NCBI RefSeq assembly: GCF_006345805.1
Contig: NC_042997.1
Span: 6,262,001-6,326,000, forward strand
Direction: 5' to 3'
Length of the DNA stretch: 64,000 nucleotides
Origin: Octopus sinensis
Lineage: Eukaryota
The notes under the pieces are model-generated. The model saw only the letters and a program-made list of their open reading frames with translations, was not told where the DNA came from and searched no databases. This document shows, in pieces, positions 27,982 through 40,590 of this stretch. Position 1 is the first letter of the stretch, and each line of letters opens with the position of its first letter. A program made the translations under genes and the position numbers.

Positions 27982-28016
27982 AGTGGGATTGGATTTGTGC
28001 AAATCCAATCCCCACT
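27982..28016. repeat. Near-perfect palindrome/hairpin
   Basis: GGGATTGGATTTG-tg-CAAATCCAATCCC: 13-bp perfect arms, extended by AGT/ACT past one bulge. Confidence 0.9.
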
Positions 28017-28180
28017 ATAAAAAATCATCATTCACGGACATCGCTTTGAAAACAAAACAAAAAGAAACAAGTAAGGCTTATTTTAAAAATGGCTGGTCAT
28101 AGTCTTCGCAGGTGTAAGATTTTCGATCTGTCTCTGGCAATACTCGAACACGAGTTTGCAGACATAATATGTATATATAA

Positions 28181-28375
28181 ATTCTTTTACTTGATTCAGT
28201 CATGTGACTGCAGCCACAATGGAATAATGCCTTCCGTCGAACAAATCGACCGCAGGACATATACTTTCTAAGCCTAGTACTTATTTATTGCGTCTCTTCC
28301 CGAATCACTAGTCTTCATGGACACCAGCATCATTGTCAAGCGATGGCAGTGGGACAACATAGACAGACAAATATA

Positions 28376-28447
<72 letters not shown>

Positions 28448-28545
28448 ACGGGCTTGCTTAAGTTTCCGTGTACCAAATCCACTCAGAACATTTTCGTCTG
28501 GTTGAGCTATAGTAGAAAACACTTTCTGAAGGTGTCACGTCCTAT
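28181..28545 (-). mobile_element. SINE with internal (TA)n expansion
   Basis: Contains GTCGAACAAATCGACC...AAGCCTAGTACTTA...TTGTCAAGCGATGG, then after the TA run CGGGCTTGCTTAAGTTTCCGTGTACCAAATCCACTCA. Confidence 0.75.
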
Positions 28546-28621
28546 GTCCATATCTATGTATATGTTTAATGTACACTCACTCACACACACACATATATAT
28601 ATATGAAGGGAATAATATATT

Positions 28622-28841
28622 TTTCTTTTATTCTTTTAATTGTTTCATCTATTTGACTGCGGCTATGCTAGGGCACCGCATTTAATCGAACAAATCGAAT
28701 CCAGAACTTATTCTTTCTAAGCCTGGAACTAATTCTATCGTTTTCTTTTGCCGAACCGCTATGTTACGAAGATGTAAAGATACAAACATCGGTTGTCAAG
28801 CGATGTTGGTGGAACAAACACAGACACACAACAACCCCACC

Positions 28842-28850
<9 letters not shown>
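28622..28850 (-). mobile_element. SINE 3' part whose tail resembles the 3' end of the CR1-group LINE
   Basis: The minus strand GCGGTGCCCTAGCATAGCCGCAGTC matches the LINE 3' UTR GGTGCCCCAGCATGGCCGCGGCC. Confidence 0.8.
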
Positions 28851-28883
<33 letters not shown>

Positions 28884-29300
28884 TACACAGACATATATAT
28901 TTATATATAGTATGCTTTGAGTATGAATATCCCTACTTTACTTGAAAACATATATACCGCAACTACTTAGATTGTAAATTAATAGTTGAAACCATTAATG
29001 AAGCATGCTTATTCACAAAAATAAAAACAATCCTAGAATTTATGTAGTGGTTTTACTGTTAACTGCTTCTAAAGGGGAGAGAATGGCTTTTACGTTTATT
29101 TTTCGTATGCTCTGGTAGTATTAAGGAAAGAAGTGCATGCGTATATTTATACATAATTCAAATGTTTTCTCATTTTCATGAGATGATGTCCTGAAAGTCA
29201 GTGATAGGTGTTGACATCACTATTTTGTCTTTTTTGATTTGTTAACACGACAACACGGAAGTTAAAATTCTGCTAAATTCAATTAAAATTTTATTTCCTG

Positions 29301-29474
29301 CTTCTTCTTCTTCTTCTTCTTCTTCTTCTTCTTCTTCTTCTTCTTCTTCTTCTTCTTCTTCTTCTACTCCCCCCTTCTTTTTCTTCTTCTACTACCTCTT
29401 CTTCCTCTTTTTCTTATTTTTCTTTTTGTTCCTCTTATTACTATTCTTATTTTTCTTTTTGTTCCTCTTATTAC

Positions 29475-29528
<54 letters not shown>

Positions 29529-29545
29529 CATTATTATTATTACTA
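29301..29545. repeat. (CTT)n and (ATT)n microsatellites with a short internal tandem duplication
   Basis: Read directly. Confidence 0.9.
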
Positions 29546-30089
29546 TAACAGTGAAGAAAAGAAGGGAAAAGAGAAAGACAGGGAGTAATTATCATACATA
29601 TTTTTGAAATACTAGATTTCTTTTACATCAATAAAGACAAGGGAGGAAACTGAAATATAAACTATAATTGTATTTCGAAATACACTTAGGTTTCTGCTTG
29701 GCCGTAAAGGCAATTGACATGTCTCAGCCTTAATGAAGTGACCTTTACTCATTTGGTCATATAAAAGGTGATCAAATCACCCAAGTGCTAACGCATATGC
29801 TCACTAACATATTCAGATACAGAAATACCTGCATATATATATATATATATATACATGTACATATTGTTACACATATGTACGCACACACACATAAATACAT
29901 TGACTGCTTGACGAATACATACTTCGTCGGATCAACTTGGTGTCTGCTTCATTCGGGAGACTTAGTGGGCAGATGCAATAACGTCCTTTAATCGAGCTCT
30001 GTGTATCTGTGTATCTACCCTCCTGTACAGGTCTGAGTGTTAGATCGTTTATCGTTTCCAGATCTGACAACTAGAAGCGTTCTGTGTCA

Positions 30090-30615
30090 TATCACTTGAA
30101 AGCATCTTCTGTTTCACGTGGGGGGGGGGACAAGATCCCTGACACGGAAATACTCTTGAAGGCTGGGATATACAGTTTTGAGTTCTGCATGCTTAATAGT
30201 GGTCTTCTACGCTGGATTGACCACATGAGACGGATGCCGGTTAACTGGTTCTCAAATATGGTCCTTTTCAGCGAGATCGTGACTGTAAGTAGGCCTTTAG
30301 GATAGCGAGATCGAGATTGGAGCTATGACTCATAGAAGATTAAGACTTCACTTTCTCGATCATCTCCATGAATATCTCATTGTATGTGTGTCTGTCCCAA
30401 TCTTTTGAATGTCCTGGATGTTAATCAGAAAGCAAGAAGGTCTGAGTGTGACGCCAGAATAAAACGCTTTGAAACCGAAAACAGGAGAGTGCAAGATAAG
30501 AGGAGGAAACGCTGTGCGCAACACCCTACAGGTGTTGTTCGGGATATCTTTCAGTGTCTTCAGTGCTACAGCGTCTGGCTATCTATTGTCGATTTCGTCT
30601 GCTCACATGATAAAC
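30090..30615 (+). mobile_element. Decayed 3' fragment of an RTE-clade LINE
   Basis: Contains DKIPDTEILLKAG, LRWIDHMRRMP...VLFSEI...RPLG and a terminal FQCLQC...H zinc-finger remnant. Confidence 0.75.
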
Positions 30616-31075
30616 AATATGCTGCTGGCAGAGGAAGATTAATGTGTTCAGCTTAGATTGAGTATCATAAACACGCACGCGCACACACATCCAAGCACGC
30701 GCGCTTTCAATGCTGAGAACACTGGTTGCCGTGTTCCGTAAACACAGAGCACTATAATGTGGAGGAAACATAATGGAAGTTGCCCTGTAGTTAGTTCAGT
30801 GTTTATATTAAATGCCCACTTTGCCATGTGTTATAAGTAACTCTAAGTGTATTGACTAGGCATAATAAAATGTAGAAGTGCCTGCTAAATGTACAGCGCC
30901 AATAAAACGCTAATCTGGAGAATCATAGTAGTTTCAGAGAGTTGAGTGATATAATTTCCAATTATATAAAGGCAATTATCTTTATGGAAATGTTGAGTGA
31001 AAATATCCATTCTTAAAACTTAATAGCTGTTCCAGATAAACGCGTAGAGTAGAATATTATATATATATATATATA

Positions 31076-31375
31076 TCACCAGGATCACAGTGACCGACCA
31101 GGCTAGCTGATGTTGCTACACATCGCTGGTCACAGTGCGCTTCGCATCGTTTTAGCCTTCAAATGACGCAACCCCGCTGGCTAAGCGAGCAGGCCAACAA
31201 AAGAAAGACTGCGAGAAAGTTGTGGCGAAAGAGTACAGCAGGGATCTCCACCACACCCTGCCGACGTTTTAGGTGTTTTCGCTCAATAAACACTCACAAT
31301 GCCCGGTCTGGGGTTCGAAACCACTATCCTACGACCGCAAGTCCGCTGCCCTAACCACTGGGGCGTTGCGCCTCT
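31076..31375 (-). mobile_element. tRNA-derived SINE (distinct family)
   Basis: The minus-strand head is GAGGCGCAACGCCCCAGTGGTTAGGGCAGCGGACTTGCGGTCGTAGGATAGTGGTTTCGAACCCCAGACC (A and B boxes). It is flanked by TA runs. Confidence 0.85.
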
Positions 31376-31386
31376 ATATATATATA

Positions 31387-31434
<48 letters not shown>

Positions 31435-31541
31435 TATTATATAATATATATATATATATATAATATATATATATATATATTATATAATATATATATAATA
31501 TATATATAATATATTATATATATATATATATAATATATATA

Positions 31542-31574
<33 letters not shown>

Positions 31575-31575
31575 C
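31376..31575. repeat. (TA)n/(TAA) microsatellite
   Basis: Read directly. Confidence 0.95.
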
Positions 31576-32271
31576 ATACTTCCGGTGTGTACGTAAATTT
31601 ATAATTGGGTGCACACATATTTAGCTCTGATGATGATATTTACTCAGTACTGGACAAACTTCTTTTAATATAAGTAAAACTTGTATGTATCGTTGTATGC
31701 ATTACATGATATAACATTTGTAATGTCAAACAACCGCTTCAATAAAAATGATTAACCAATGTGAAATGAAACTCATTAAACTTATATATTAAAAGAAAAA
31801 AAAAAAACAAATTAGACTATTAAAGTTATTGTCCATATAATTTAGTGATCCGTTTCGCTTTCGCTGGTTATTGATAAACGAAACGTCCTTCCATGCTTTC
31901 TATAATATTTAACTTGAAAAAAAAACTACTTGGAGACCTTATGCGCACTGTTTTCCTTTTCTCGGTAACTGATTATAACGTTAACGTAATATTAATTAAT
32001 GCTCGAAGTTATTTTCATTAGGTATTTATTAGAAATTTACTTCAATGACTGTTACTAATGTTATTGATGCCATCAGAGTAATGAATTGCATAGCTACATA
32101 TTTTTAAATAGCTCTATTGCAATTGCACCAGTTTTGACACGTTAGAGTGAAACGCTCTTTTGTTGAAATTATTTGCATATTTTCCTATGAATTTCATAAA
32201 TATAACTTGTATATGCTGCATTCACCTCTGTCTCTCTCTGTCTCGTCGTCTCTCTGTTCATCTTTCTCTAT

Positions 32272-32325
<54 letters not shown>

Positions 32326-33175
32326 ATATTCGGAATGTCAAATTGCCAGTTTAGCCAATAAAAACACACGCACTATATATTTGGTGTATTTTTTGCTTCA
32401 GTGATATTTATTTTTTACATTAATCTTAATCTTATTTCGGCCAAAGTTCTTTCGTCACACTCCTGTGACCGCATCAGTGGTCCTTTGTTTTCTTCTCACT
32501 TACTTGTGTCTCTCTTACTAACCCTCAGCCATTTTGTATTTCTATTGTATGTCTTCATTTGCGCATGCTTATATCTCTATGTGCGTCTATGTTTTATTAG
32601 TGTGTGTGTGGGGGGGATGCCTGTAATATTTGTATCTTCTGGTTATATACATTCTTGTAATTTGTATTTTGTTTTTGTTGTTGTTGCTTTTGTTCTAATT
32701 TTGTTCATGTGTTTACATCCACCCATTATTATCATTACATATGCTTGTATGTATGTATAACAACAATATTAGTAATAATAATAATAAATCTAATCGAAAA
32801 AAAAAGAATATACATATACATATATATATATAACATACATATACATATATTATATATACATATATACACACATATATACACATATGCATATACATATATA
32901 TACACATATACATATATATAGATATTCATTTCGATTTCTTTAATTACCTGTGTATTTATTATTTTGCAGGATCCACTATTGTCATATGTTGTGGTGTGCG
33001 CTATTGCTCCATTCTAGTTTTCTATTCAGGCTAGGTTTATTTTCTATTATATGTGTAGCTTCTGTAATTTGTCTAATGTTGCATCTGTTCTATGTGTGGA
33101 CAATATCTAATCTCTATGTTATTGATTGATCCCCCGTGTTCTTGTTCGGCGTGTTGGTACAGAATCGATGAGCTT

Positions 33176-33702
33176 TTACCTTCCTTGAGTTGTCTCCAAT
33201 GTTCCATTCACCCGCTCACCAATGCTTCTTGCAGTTTCCCCTACGTATGTTACTGTCTTGTTACTGCATCGTCCCTCTATACATCTTATACTATAGACCA
33301 CATTTCTGGCTTTACAGTTCGTTTGTGGGCTAAATCTACATACAGTGCAATAGTTATTCGTACAGAGAGTTCTACTAAAAGGATAGCTTCTACCAATTAT
33401 AGATCTGATAGGGTTGCCTGGCTTTGCAACAACCTTAATTCTTAGTTTAAGTTTATCTAGTGTCCTTCTAAAGCGGTACGCTACTTCACCTCCAGGGGTG
33501 GTGTCAATGAACATGACACTCTGGTATTTATGGCTATCATACCAAGAGTTGGCCTTCCCTATTTTCTTTTTTGTCCTTTCTATAGTGTTCCATGACTTGT
33601 TCCTATAGAGTGGGCAAATCCCATTCCTATCATTACATAATATATTATCAAATTTCTTCATGGCTGCTTTGTATACTCTGATCCTTTCTTTATGGCTGTA
33701 TA
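33176..33702 (-). pseudogene. PLE ORF fragment: RT C-terminus/linker, Cys-rich motif and GIY-YIG endonuclease start
   Basis: Reads YSHKERIRVYKAA...PLYRNKSW...VMFIDTTPGGE...CTNNYCTVC...NCKARNVVYSIRC...YVGETARSIGER and then frameshifts. The first ~33 aa of the track ORF (33703-33802) are antisense of the other arm. Confidence 0.85.
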
Positions 33703-33990
33703 TATAAGATGTATAGAGGGACGATGCAGTAACAAGACAGTAACATACGTAGGGGAAACTGCAAGAAGCATTGGTGAGCGGGAGAATGAACATTGGAGAC
33801 AACTCAAGGAAGGTAAAAGCTCATCGATTCTGTACCAACACGCCGAACAAGGACACGGGGGATCAATCAATAACATAGAGATTAAGATATTGTCCACACA
33901 TAGAACAGATGCAACAATTAGACAAATACAGAAGCTACACATATAATAGAAATAAACCTAGCCTGAATAGAAAACTAGAATGGAGCAATA
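33703..33990 (+). pseudogene. PLE GIY-YIG endonuclease C-terminal fragment (inverted copy)
   Basis: Reads IRCIEGRCSNKTVTYVGETARSIGERENEHWRQLKEGKSSSILYQHAEQGHGG...RQIQ, then a frameshifted EA...NKPSLNRKLEW. Confidence 0.85.
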
Positions 33991-34515
33991 GCGCACACCA
34001 CAACATATGACAATAGTGGATCCTGCAAACATAATAAATACACAGGTAATTAAAGAAATAGAAATGAATATCTATTATATTTATATGTGTATATATATGT
34101 ATATGTATATGTGTATATATGTGTGTATATATATATATATAATATATTTGTATATGTATATGTATGTATATATATATATGTATATGTATATTCTTTTTTT
34201 TTTCGATTAGATTTATTATTATTATTACTAATATTGTTGTTATACATACATACAAGCATATGTAATGATAATAATGGGTGGATGTACACATGAACAAAAT
34301 TAGAACAAAAGCAACAACAACAAAAACAAAATACAAATTACAAGAATGTATATAACCAGAAGATACAAATATTACAGGCATCCCCTCCACACACACACTA
34401 AATAAACATAGACGCACATAGAGTTATAAGCATGCGCAAATGAAGACATACAATAGAAATACAAAATGGCTGAGGGTTAGTAAGGAGAGACACAAGTAAG
34501 TGAGAAGAAAACAAA

Positions 34516-34560
34516 GGACCACTGATGCGGTCACAGGAGTGTGACGAAAGAACTTTGGCC
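34516..34560 (+). ncRNA. Variant minimal type I hammerhead-ribozyme-like motif in the pLTR (mirror copy 32439-32483, minus strand)
   Basis: GGACCA-CUGAUG(CG)-GUCAC-AGGAGU-GUGAC-GAAA-G-AA-C-UU-UGGCC has a perfect 5-bp stem II and partial stem I. The core deviates from CUGANGA. Confidence 0.45.
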
Positions 34561-34735
34561 GAAATAAGATTAAGATTAATGTAAAAAATAAATATCACTG
34601 AAGCAAAATAACACCAAATATATAGTGCGTGTGTTTTTATTGGCTAAACTGGCAATATGACCATTCCGAAATATAACAATATTTGTTTCAACACACGACT
34701 TCACATAAAAAATCTTGCACAACAAATATTTAAAC

Positions 34736-34817
<82 letters not shown>

Positions 34818-36582
34818 TATAGGTATATGCATATACGGGGTGTGTGATAGTACATATACATATTATACATATGTCATAAGTGCAGGCATCTGCATGTTTC
34901 GCAACTTTGAGTATGTATACATAGGCTTAGATATCTGACAAGATTTTGTCAGTATTGTCACACGCTTTTAATATTCCTCATTGGTTGTCGAAATTGCATA
35001 GAACAATAATCTGAACTGTTTTAACAATTGTCAAATCGTTACGTATTAGTGTGAGAGATAAATTTGTTCGTTTCTTTCTGACGTTATTTGAATATCACGA
35101 AAACTATGTTATTCCGGGTGTGTTGTGTTTTGAGTAACTCTATTCTTCCTTTCAGGTATATGACGACTCATGGGCATGTAAGAAAATGAAGGATCATTTT
35201 TACGGCTGCTTTATTTCGCCTTGAATTAAGGTTCCAAATCTACCAAAGCTGGTCGAGATATTTGCATTGTGAACGTGTTAGTTTTATTACAGAAAGTACT
35301 GCACAGTAACATGTTTCACGTTTTGAAGGACAGCAAAGTCGGCCTCGTATATCTAACTAGCGCTGGCAGATATATTTATCTGAATGAGAATCGACGGGAA
35401 GCCGCTCGTTCACAAAGAACCACGTCATTCTTCAACGGAATTGATCCTACAGATGGGTTGTTCTAATGACCCTGTCGCATGCCAAGTTCACTTGATGGGT
35501 GAGATCCAAAGGCTCGTTGCATGGGTATCAAAATCTCTGAATGAAAGGTACAAACGGGCAACATAGGAGTCCCTACAACAAGGCAAATCTAACAACCAAG
35601 TCGCTGATTTAACCAAATGCTCTATTCAATTATCTCGTTTGGAAAGTTTCATCACGGCTTCCGTTCCTTCCGGATATAGCGATTTCACTTTTTACTTTCG
35701 CTCTCTAATTGCACAAGGTAATTCGTTCAACAACGGCGTAGGAAATAGAGTGTCATGAATTCGAGTCAAGATGAGAGGATTTCTACAGCATTAGCAACTT
35801 AATAATATTTTGGGTAGATGTCTTGTACAACGAAGGAGAATATAAGTTTGACTGATTTGTTAAAACTAATCATGAAAAATGTTTAAACAAGTGTTCGTGT
35901 GTATGTGAGGTGAGGGATGGAACGAATGTTTCTGGGAAACTAATATAATATATGTATACTAACTATATACAAAAGTGTTATATATCAAGTGTTTTCAATG
36001 GGATTTCACAGGAAATGAGTTAACAGGTTTTCTCCAGGCAAACATATGAAGTAGATTGTCGGAACACTGAACAGTTTCTTTGATTTTACGGCAGAGTTCA
36101 TCGTGGGGTTTTCAGAAAGGTGTTATAAAGAAAATTTATATATAGTTGCTCTTTCTATAGGAATGTCTGAGCTAAACTAATCATTCTAAGAAAGAATATT
36201 TCCGAGAATGTCTCTTTAGAAATTTTAACAAAAAATAACAATGCAACACAGCGTTTTGATTTAAATTTCTTGTGAGTCAAATGTTTCCTGTCTGTAAAAG
36301 CATGCTTTATGACGCTATCACTCGCAGAGATATAAATCCTACACATATACATGAACTTGCAAATATATATAGTCATGTGTGTGTGTGTGTGCGTGCGTCT
36401 ATATATATATGTATGTACTTGAAAGTGAATGTATTTGCGTATTACATATATGTGATACAATATACAGGTATACGCGTACGCACACATTCATACATACACG
36501 CAGGTTTCTATAATAACATGTAAATGTGTATGAACACATAAGTGTGCATATGTATGCATACACACATTTACGTATGTCTTTA

Positions 36583-36629
<47 letters not shown>

Positions 36630-36707
36630 TATGTTACACTTTTCTAGCCATCGTATATCCATATATGAGTGCGTAAATATATGTATACATGCTCGCATTT
36701 TCATAAG

Positions 36708-36738
<31 letters not shown>

Positions 36739-37019
36739 ATATATCGTTCTCTTTCGTTGCCATTTATGTTATGTGCTGGACGTACTGACGTACGTATATG
36801 TTCGAAAATCAGACTGCATATAATAAAACCGAAAAGAAAGCATGAACGAAGTTAAAAAATTAGGAAAAATATTCGGTGCACAGACAACCATTTATACTGT
36901 TACAAAAGCCATACATTCGTTGAGTATAATTCTCTCTCTCAATCTTTCACACTTCCCCATCTCTCTCTGTCTCTTCCCCCTCTCTGTCTGTCCCTCCTTC
37001 TACCCTTTTGTGTGTGCGT

Positions 37020-37096
37020 GTGTATATATATATTTATGTATATACACACATATGCATAGTTGTAAGTGCGTGTATATATATATATACACACACACA

Positions 37097-37190
<94 letters not shown>

Positions 37191-37204
37191 CATATATAAT
37201 ATAT

Positions 37205-37255
<51 letters not shown>

Positions 37256-37295
37256 CACACACACGGCCACCCATACGCACACACACACATATATA
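37020..37295. repeat. Compound TA/CA microsatellite block
   Basis: Read directly. Confidence 0.9.
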
Positions 37296-37578
37296 TGCAA
37301 TTGTTGATATGCTTGTGTGTTTGTGTGTTCGTATGACTGTCTAACACATACTCACACTTACATATAATTATACATGTGTGCTTTGCACTTATGTTAATGC
37401 ATGCTGCTCTATAAATGAATGAATATATTCGTATAAACCAGCTTCCGTATATGTCAGTGAAACTATTCTTTAATAACGCGAGTAAGTGCAAAATGGGCGG
37501 AGAAAATTTTGAGCGGAATCAAAAAGCATAATATAGAAATATAGACGTAAGCATGTATATGTATATGTGTTTGTATGA

Positions 37579-37628
<50 letters not shown>

Positions 37629-38742
37629 ATTTGCATATGTCTGTGTGTGTATTAGTGTAACTGTCTATCTATCGGTATATGTACTAGTCTATTTATTTCT
37701 CTCTCTCTCTCTTTCTCTCTCTCTGTCTGCCTCTTTCTCTCTTGTTATATACACATATATGTGTGTGTTTGTATATATGTATATATATGCATTTACATAT
37801 ATTTTCGTGTATGTCCATATGTATGTATATACGGACCGTGTAACAGTAGAATTCCTTTCGATGTAATTCTAATGAAACGCCCCATATTTCTATCCGTATC
37901 ATATAGTAAATATAAGTGGCTTTGTTCCGTGCATTTCTTCAAAACGAATAGTGAGCATTGATATGAATGGGATTGAAAAGAATGTTTCAAAGTATTACCA
38001 ATATCAACATGCTGAATATCATTTAAGCAATCGCTATTATTATCACTACTACTCCTACGCCACACACCACCATAACTTTGAATAAGAGGACCATTTTAGT
38101 CGAGTGTCAATCCAAATGTACATTTAATGTGCATTACTATATTGCGGTTTCCATTCTCTTGTGGTCAATCTTTAATTTCTCACTGATCTATCTCATCGGT
38201 ATATGACTTTAACTACTCTCATAGCAAAGTAGTAATTCTGAAAGTGAAGCAAAATATTCGATATTGGTTGTGGGTTACTATGAATTTCAGTTTCAACATC
38301 AATGCATGGAAGCAGTCTCGTATATGTGGTTCAAATGACATTATGCACTCTGAATAGTATAGAAACTATAGAAGTATATATATATTTATGTTTGCATACC
38401 TACATAGAGACCCAGTCACTTCAACCATGTAATCTCACACGTGCTTTTCTTGGACATTTTATTTATCCTTGCTTGGATTTTTCTTTCCTCCATTTACTGA
38501 CGATGAACAGTGTTCGAAAATTTATTCACCACCCTTCTTTTTTTTTTTCATCTTACACCGAGCGTCAAGATGATTAGAACTGTATGTCCTTATGACATTC
38601 GTTAATTCTTATTGTTAATTTTCGACTTGCATGTATGTGTGTGTTTGCGTCTGTATATACGTGTCTAGTTATGTATGTACATGTATGTATATAAATACAT
38701 CCGTATGTATATGCGTATGTGCGTTCACGTATAAATATATAT

Positions 38743-38777
<35 letters not shown>

Positions 38778-38803
38778 ACATATATATATACATACATATA
38801 TAT

Positions 38804-38861
<58 letters not shown>

Positions 38862-39156
38862 CATACATATATATGTATATACATAGATAGATATATATAT
38901 ATAGATAGGTAGATATGTAGATAGATAGATAGGTATACATATATATTGCAGAGCGCTTTAATTTTATTTAGATGAGGGTGATGAAACACTGGACTGTTTA
39001 ACGTATAAATATTTCTTATCGCGTTATATTACAAGTCTGAATTCCGAAAATTTTAAGAAGAGGCCGTCGGAAATTATATCTAATCCATTGTAAGTTCTCA
39101 TCCTAGAACTGTATCATACATACATGCATATATACATATATATATATATATTATAT

Positions 39157-39445
39157 AAAAGGGCTTAGTAAAATAAATTACTTTGCCGCATACTGAACTC
39201 ATTAGAAATAGCAGCTAAAAAACTTTTTTAAAGCTATTTCTAATACTTAAAGAAAATCTCTCTCATATATAGTGTTTGCTTAATTCAACTCACAAAAGTT
39301 TGGGGGTAAGGACATCGAAAAATCAAATGCTAAGGTTATTTGAGAACGTACGTTTCAAGATTAGTCAAAAACAACACTTCTATCATCAGCTCAGAAATTC
39401 CTTGGTTTGGATTTGGAAACACTGAAAATAAGAACATACCCTTTT
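39157..39445 (-). mobile_element. Solo PLE pLTR-like element in a TA run
   Basis: AAAGGGCTTAGTAAAATAAATTACTTTGCCGCATACTGAACTCATTAGAAATAGCAGC has a related copy at 52255-52345. It contains the hammerhead at 39341-39393. Confidence 0.6.
39341..39393 (-). ncRNA. Minimal type I hammerhead ribozyme
   Basis: The minus strand reads UGAG-CUGAUGA-(stem II region)-GAAA-C-GUAC-G-UU-CUCA. The core boxes are intact, stem I is UGAG/CUCA and loop 3 is the palindrome GUAC. Stem II is imperfect. Confidence 0.7.
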
Positions 39446-39683
39446 ATATATATATATACTTACATATATACATCATCAGTAAAAAGCAAATTTGGAGGTA
39501 CTCAGTCTTATCGTTCAAAATGCGTAACTGAACAGTACCAATTGGTCGATATCTGATGAAGAAATTACGGACCTGGTGTTTGTCTCCCGTTTGGTTTTAC
39601 ATTCCGTATATGTTTCATCGTTTGTTTATACATATTCCATTTATCAAATAATGGAACGCAACTCACCGGATTTTTATTAACAA

Positions 39684-40198
39684 CTAGCAGTATCGCCCGG
39701 CGTTGCTCGGGTTTGTAAGGGAAATAACTATATAAGCATTTTTAGAGAGTTACTTCCTTTATAGGTGCCAATTCGGGCTTTCTTAGCCATTTCTGTTTTG
39801 GTGTCTTCAAGCCATGAAGTCGTTGTTCTAAAAGAACGCTGGTCTCCTTCACAACGCATTACGACGTTGATTTCCTTAAACTCCCTTCCCCAGAGCTTCA
39901 CGAGGGAGAGAAGAAAGGGGAGAAGCAAACACAGGTGCAGGTGTTTGAGCGTGGACGCCAACTCCGCCGCCATCGACACACGAAAAATTATGCATTAAAA
40001 TGGAATAAAAAATAATGTTAAATTATTTTTAAAATCGTAGACTCATCGTAGACGCGCGCTAATAGCCAGACGGGCTTGATTTTAATCACGACTATAAGAT
40101 ACCCGAATTTGGTTAAACTGCACCGCAAAATGTGGGAGGAGTTAGGAATCTAAATCGTAGGAGACAGACACACAACTACAGTTTTATATATATATAGA
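39684..40198 (-). mobile_element. Non-autonomous Helitron
   Basis: The minus strand starts TCTATATATATATAAAA and ends with the hairpin CCCGAGCAACGCCGGG followed by CGATACTGCTAG. It is inserted between A and T with no target-site duplication. Confidence 0.88.
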
Positions 40199-40235
40199 TT
40201 ATATTATATACCCGTCTGAATCTCACTTTCCTTCT

Positions 40236-40590
40236 TTCACCTTTTCTTTCTCTTAACCTCTCATTTCTAATTCTAACCTTACTACTTACTCCTTTTCTCT
40301 CTCACACCCTCTTGTATCACTAGCCTTTCTCCTTCCCCTTCATCCCCTTTCCTCTTTTCCCTGTCGCTCCCTCTCCCTGCTGCCTTCCCCCCTGCCTGCT
40401 GCTGTCAGGTGACCAGTGGCCAGTTTCCCTCTGTCTACTTTCCTTTCTTACATTGGTCCCTTAGGTGACCAGTCACAAATTCTCTGAAGGGGAAGGAGAA
40501 AGGCTAGTGATACAAGAGGGTGTGAGAGAGAAAAGGAGTAAGTAGTAAGGCTAGAATAGAAGTGAGAGGTTGAGAGAAAGAAAAGGTGAA
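40236..40590. repeat. Inverted repeat, ~105-bp pyrimidine/purine arms (40236-40342 / 40485-40590)
   Basis: TTCACCTTTTCTTTCTC...CACACCCTCTTGTATCACTAGCCTTTCTCCTTCCCCTTCA pairs with TGAAGGGGAAGGAGAAAAGGCTAGTGATACAAGAGGGTGTG...GAAAAGGTGAA. Confidence 0.9.

Larger units (their letters stand above)
32318..34737. mobile_element. Penelope-like element with inverted duplication: arms 32318-33290 (-) and 33703-34682 (+), unique spacer 33291-33702
   Basis: The ~970-bp arms are near-identical reverse complements. Both carry the GIY-YIG C-terminus and pLTR, the 3' ends point outward, and both ends abut (TA)n. Confidence 0.92.
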
